A DNA stretch of 64,000 nucleotides from Lama glama. Its lineage: Eukaryota. The notes beneath the pieces were generated by a model. It had not been told where the DNA came from. It did not search any database and saw only the letters and a list, made by a program, of their open reading frames with translations. Positions 61,901 to 64,000 of this stretch are shown in pieces. The DNA lies in NCBI GenBank assembly GCA_028534125.1, contig CM052821.1:56358001-56422000 (forward strand), in the 5' to 3' direction. Both the position numbers and the translations under genes were made by a program. The stretch's first letter is position 1. Every line of letters begins with the position of its first letter.

Positions 61901-62732
61901 GCTCTGGGCCCCCGGGGAGAACCTGTCCTGAGCAGTGAGCTGAGGAGGGATCTTGTTAGGAGCCTGACCAGATGCGACGGCTCCTCCCTCTTGCTCCAAA
62001 CACGTGGCAATCGTGGAAGACAGGAGCAAGAGCTGAAACCGCAGCTCCGCACTACGTCAAGAAAGCAGAGGGCTTGTGTCCCGGGAACACAGGGGGTGGG
62101 GGGGCGGCCAGGTGAGCAGGAGGAGGCCCGGATGACGGGGCCACTGGAGGCAGGACGGGGACTTGTGGCCGACGGTGACCAAGAGCCCACGGCCGCCGAG
62201 GGCTCACCGCCACCTGCCTCCTCCTCCCCGCAGACCCTGAGCCTGGGGCTTCGCCCAGCACCGCGACGCAGCCAGCCCTCCCCAGCCGGCTGCTCCCACG
62301 GTCCCGGCTCCCTCGCACGCTGGCCTCAGGAGCCGAGCACTGGCAGACATCCCTGTGCCCTGCTCGTGGGACGAGAAATGGGCACCGGTCCTCGGGGGGC
62401 AGGGCGACATTGTTGCGTGAGGCTGCGCGTGCACGGCCCACCACCCAGCAAATCCACTCTCACACCCACGCTCTAGGGAGGCACCGACGGTGCGAGCCCG
62501 GAGGTGGTGCCGCGCGCGGCCCGGACGAGCCCCGCGTTCTCAGCAGCAGCGGGGTGACTAGACTGTGCTGTGGTCGCCGTCAGAATTCTGTTCACATGTG
62601 AAAGCGAGTACATTTGGTTCGTCCATTGCACTGGGCGTGTCGGGAAGCACGTAACAAGTCACACCGGAACACGGCGTGAGCCCGTCCACAGAAAGTCAGA
62701 CGCGCGCGGCGCTGGGGGGCGCCCGTGCGGGG

Positions 62733-63683
62733 CCGTGGCTCCGAGAGGAGCTTGGCTGGGGACCCTTTACACACGGAGACATCAGTGACGCACCAAAGAG
62801 CTTTTAACATGGGTGCTGTCTGGCCATGTTTATATCGGAAATTAAAATAGGAAGTTGAAAGAATAAAATCATGCCATTTGCAGCCACCTGGATGGGCCCG
62901 GAGGTCGTCACTCTAAGTGAAGTGAGCCAGGCAGAGAGAGAAAATATCAGATGAGATCACTCCTATGTGGTATTTTTTTTTAAAGACACTGATGAACTTA
63001 TTTACAAAACAGAAACAGACTCACAGACATAGAAAACGATCTTATGGTTACCGGTGGGGAAGGGGGTGAAAAGGGATAAATTGGGAGTTCAAGATTTGCA
63101 GATACCAACTCTTATATACGAAGCAGATAAACAACAAGGTCCTACTGTGCAGCACAGGGAACTGTATTCAGTATCTTGCAGTGACCCGTGGTGGAAAAGG
63201 ACACAAAAAGGAGTATGTGTGTGTATGTGTGACTGAGGAGACATGGCACTGTGCACAGACTCGGACACGACATTGTAAACTGACTAGACTTCAATTAGAA
63301 AAAAATGTATAAAGTTCAAAATATTTGTATTAATTCCTTTTAAAATCGCAGGAATAAATGCAGTACACGTTGACACAAACGTATTTTGACGGACAATGAC
63401 TATATTTTCCCAAACGAAAAACACTGAGCGATCAGAGAGATTCCACTTCATATTTTTGCAGATCTCTTAGGTGTCTGGTGTCACAGACGATTTCTGGACA
63501 CTCACACCTGCTTCTGCACCCCACACGTCGTGACGTCCAGAAACACCGCTATATTCTCCAGGGAGAAGGAGGGCGAAAATGGCAATGAGCATCCTTGTGT
63601 TATTCTGAAAACAGGGTCTCAGGACCTGCAGATAGAGCCCCGGGGGCCCCAGGAGCCCCGGGAACGCGCTCTAAGAACCACTG
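62733..63683 (-). mobile_element. hAT-Charlie MITE (Charlie4a/MER80-like) split by an L1
   Basis: Left end 'ccgtggctcc...gggaccctttacac...ccaaagagctttt', right TIR 'aagaaccactg'. 8-bp TSD gtgcgggg (62725-62732) / gtgtagag (63684-63691). Confidence 0.85.
62858..63310 (+). mobile_element. Camelid L1 3' end nested in the Charlie MITE
   Basis: 'atgaacttatttacaaaacagaaacagactcacagacatagaaaac...gggataaattgggagttcaagatttgcagatac...acattgtaaactgactagacttcaat'. TSD aagttgaaa (62852-62860) / aagttcaaa (63312-63320). Confidence 0.95.
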
Positions 63684-63780
63684 GTGTAGAGACTCACACC
63701 TGCGCTGGGAGGGGGTCGAGAAAAGCAACCAAAAAATAAGGCACGGACCACGACCACGGGAAGCCTGTCACATCACGGGG

Positions 63781-63865
63781 ACACGCACGCACACGCATGC
63801 ACACACGTGAACACATTCATGCATGCACACGCACACACGTGCACACACACATGCACACACGCACA
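63781..63865 (+). repeat. Imperfect (CA)n/(CACG/CATG)n microsatellite
   Basis: acacgcacgcacacgcatgcacacacgtg...gcacacacacatgcacacacgcaca. Confidence 0.85.
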
Positions 63866-64000
63866 GCAGGGCTGGGGTCAGTGCTTGAGAGAAAGCAAAC
63901 AGCACGGTGTCAAAGCAAAGAGGAGGAGACCCTGACCTTCACTCTGGGAACGAGGGCTTGTGGACGTGAGGAGAGCTCCGGGTCAACAGCTCGGGGAGTT

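Overview
This is a 64-kb mammalian genomic window, almost certainly from a camelid (alpaca, llama or camel). The assignment rests on a tRNA-Ala-derived Vic-1-type SINE and several cetartiodactyl/camelid-type L1 3' ends. The sequence is GC- and CpG-rich, like a subtelomere, and essentially non-genic. I recognise no known protein-coding gene, rRNA, tRNA or CRISPR array. The hundreds of ORFs in the track are what stop-poor, GC-rich DNA produces by chance. Much of the window is decayed transposon sequence: L1 of many ages, L2, MIR, MaLR/ERVL/ERV1 LTRs, MER21, MER20, a hAT-Charlie MITE and a hAT transposase relic, with several nested insertions. There are two 500-N assembly gaps. Four things deserve a second look. 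(1) Repeat relics show pervasive but patchy A/T-to-G/C replacement, consistent with GC-biased gene conversion. (2) AT-rich, homeodomain-motif-dense islands look like conserved enhancers; the best is 46531-46706. (3) A candidate three-exon + strand small gene at 28680-29936 splices in frame into a 45-aa ORF followed by a polyA signal. (4) A run of five back-to-back hairpins lies at 52826-52916. Repeat family names come from my recollection of consensus sequences and need RepeatMasker/Dfam confirmation; boundaries are approximate.
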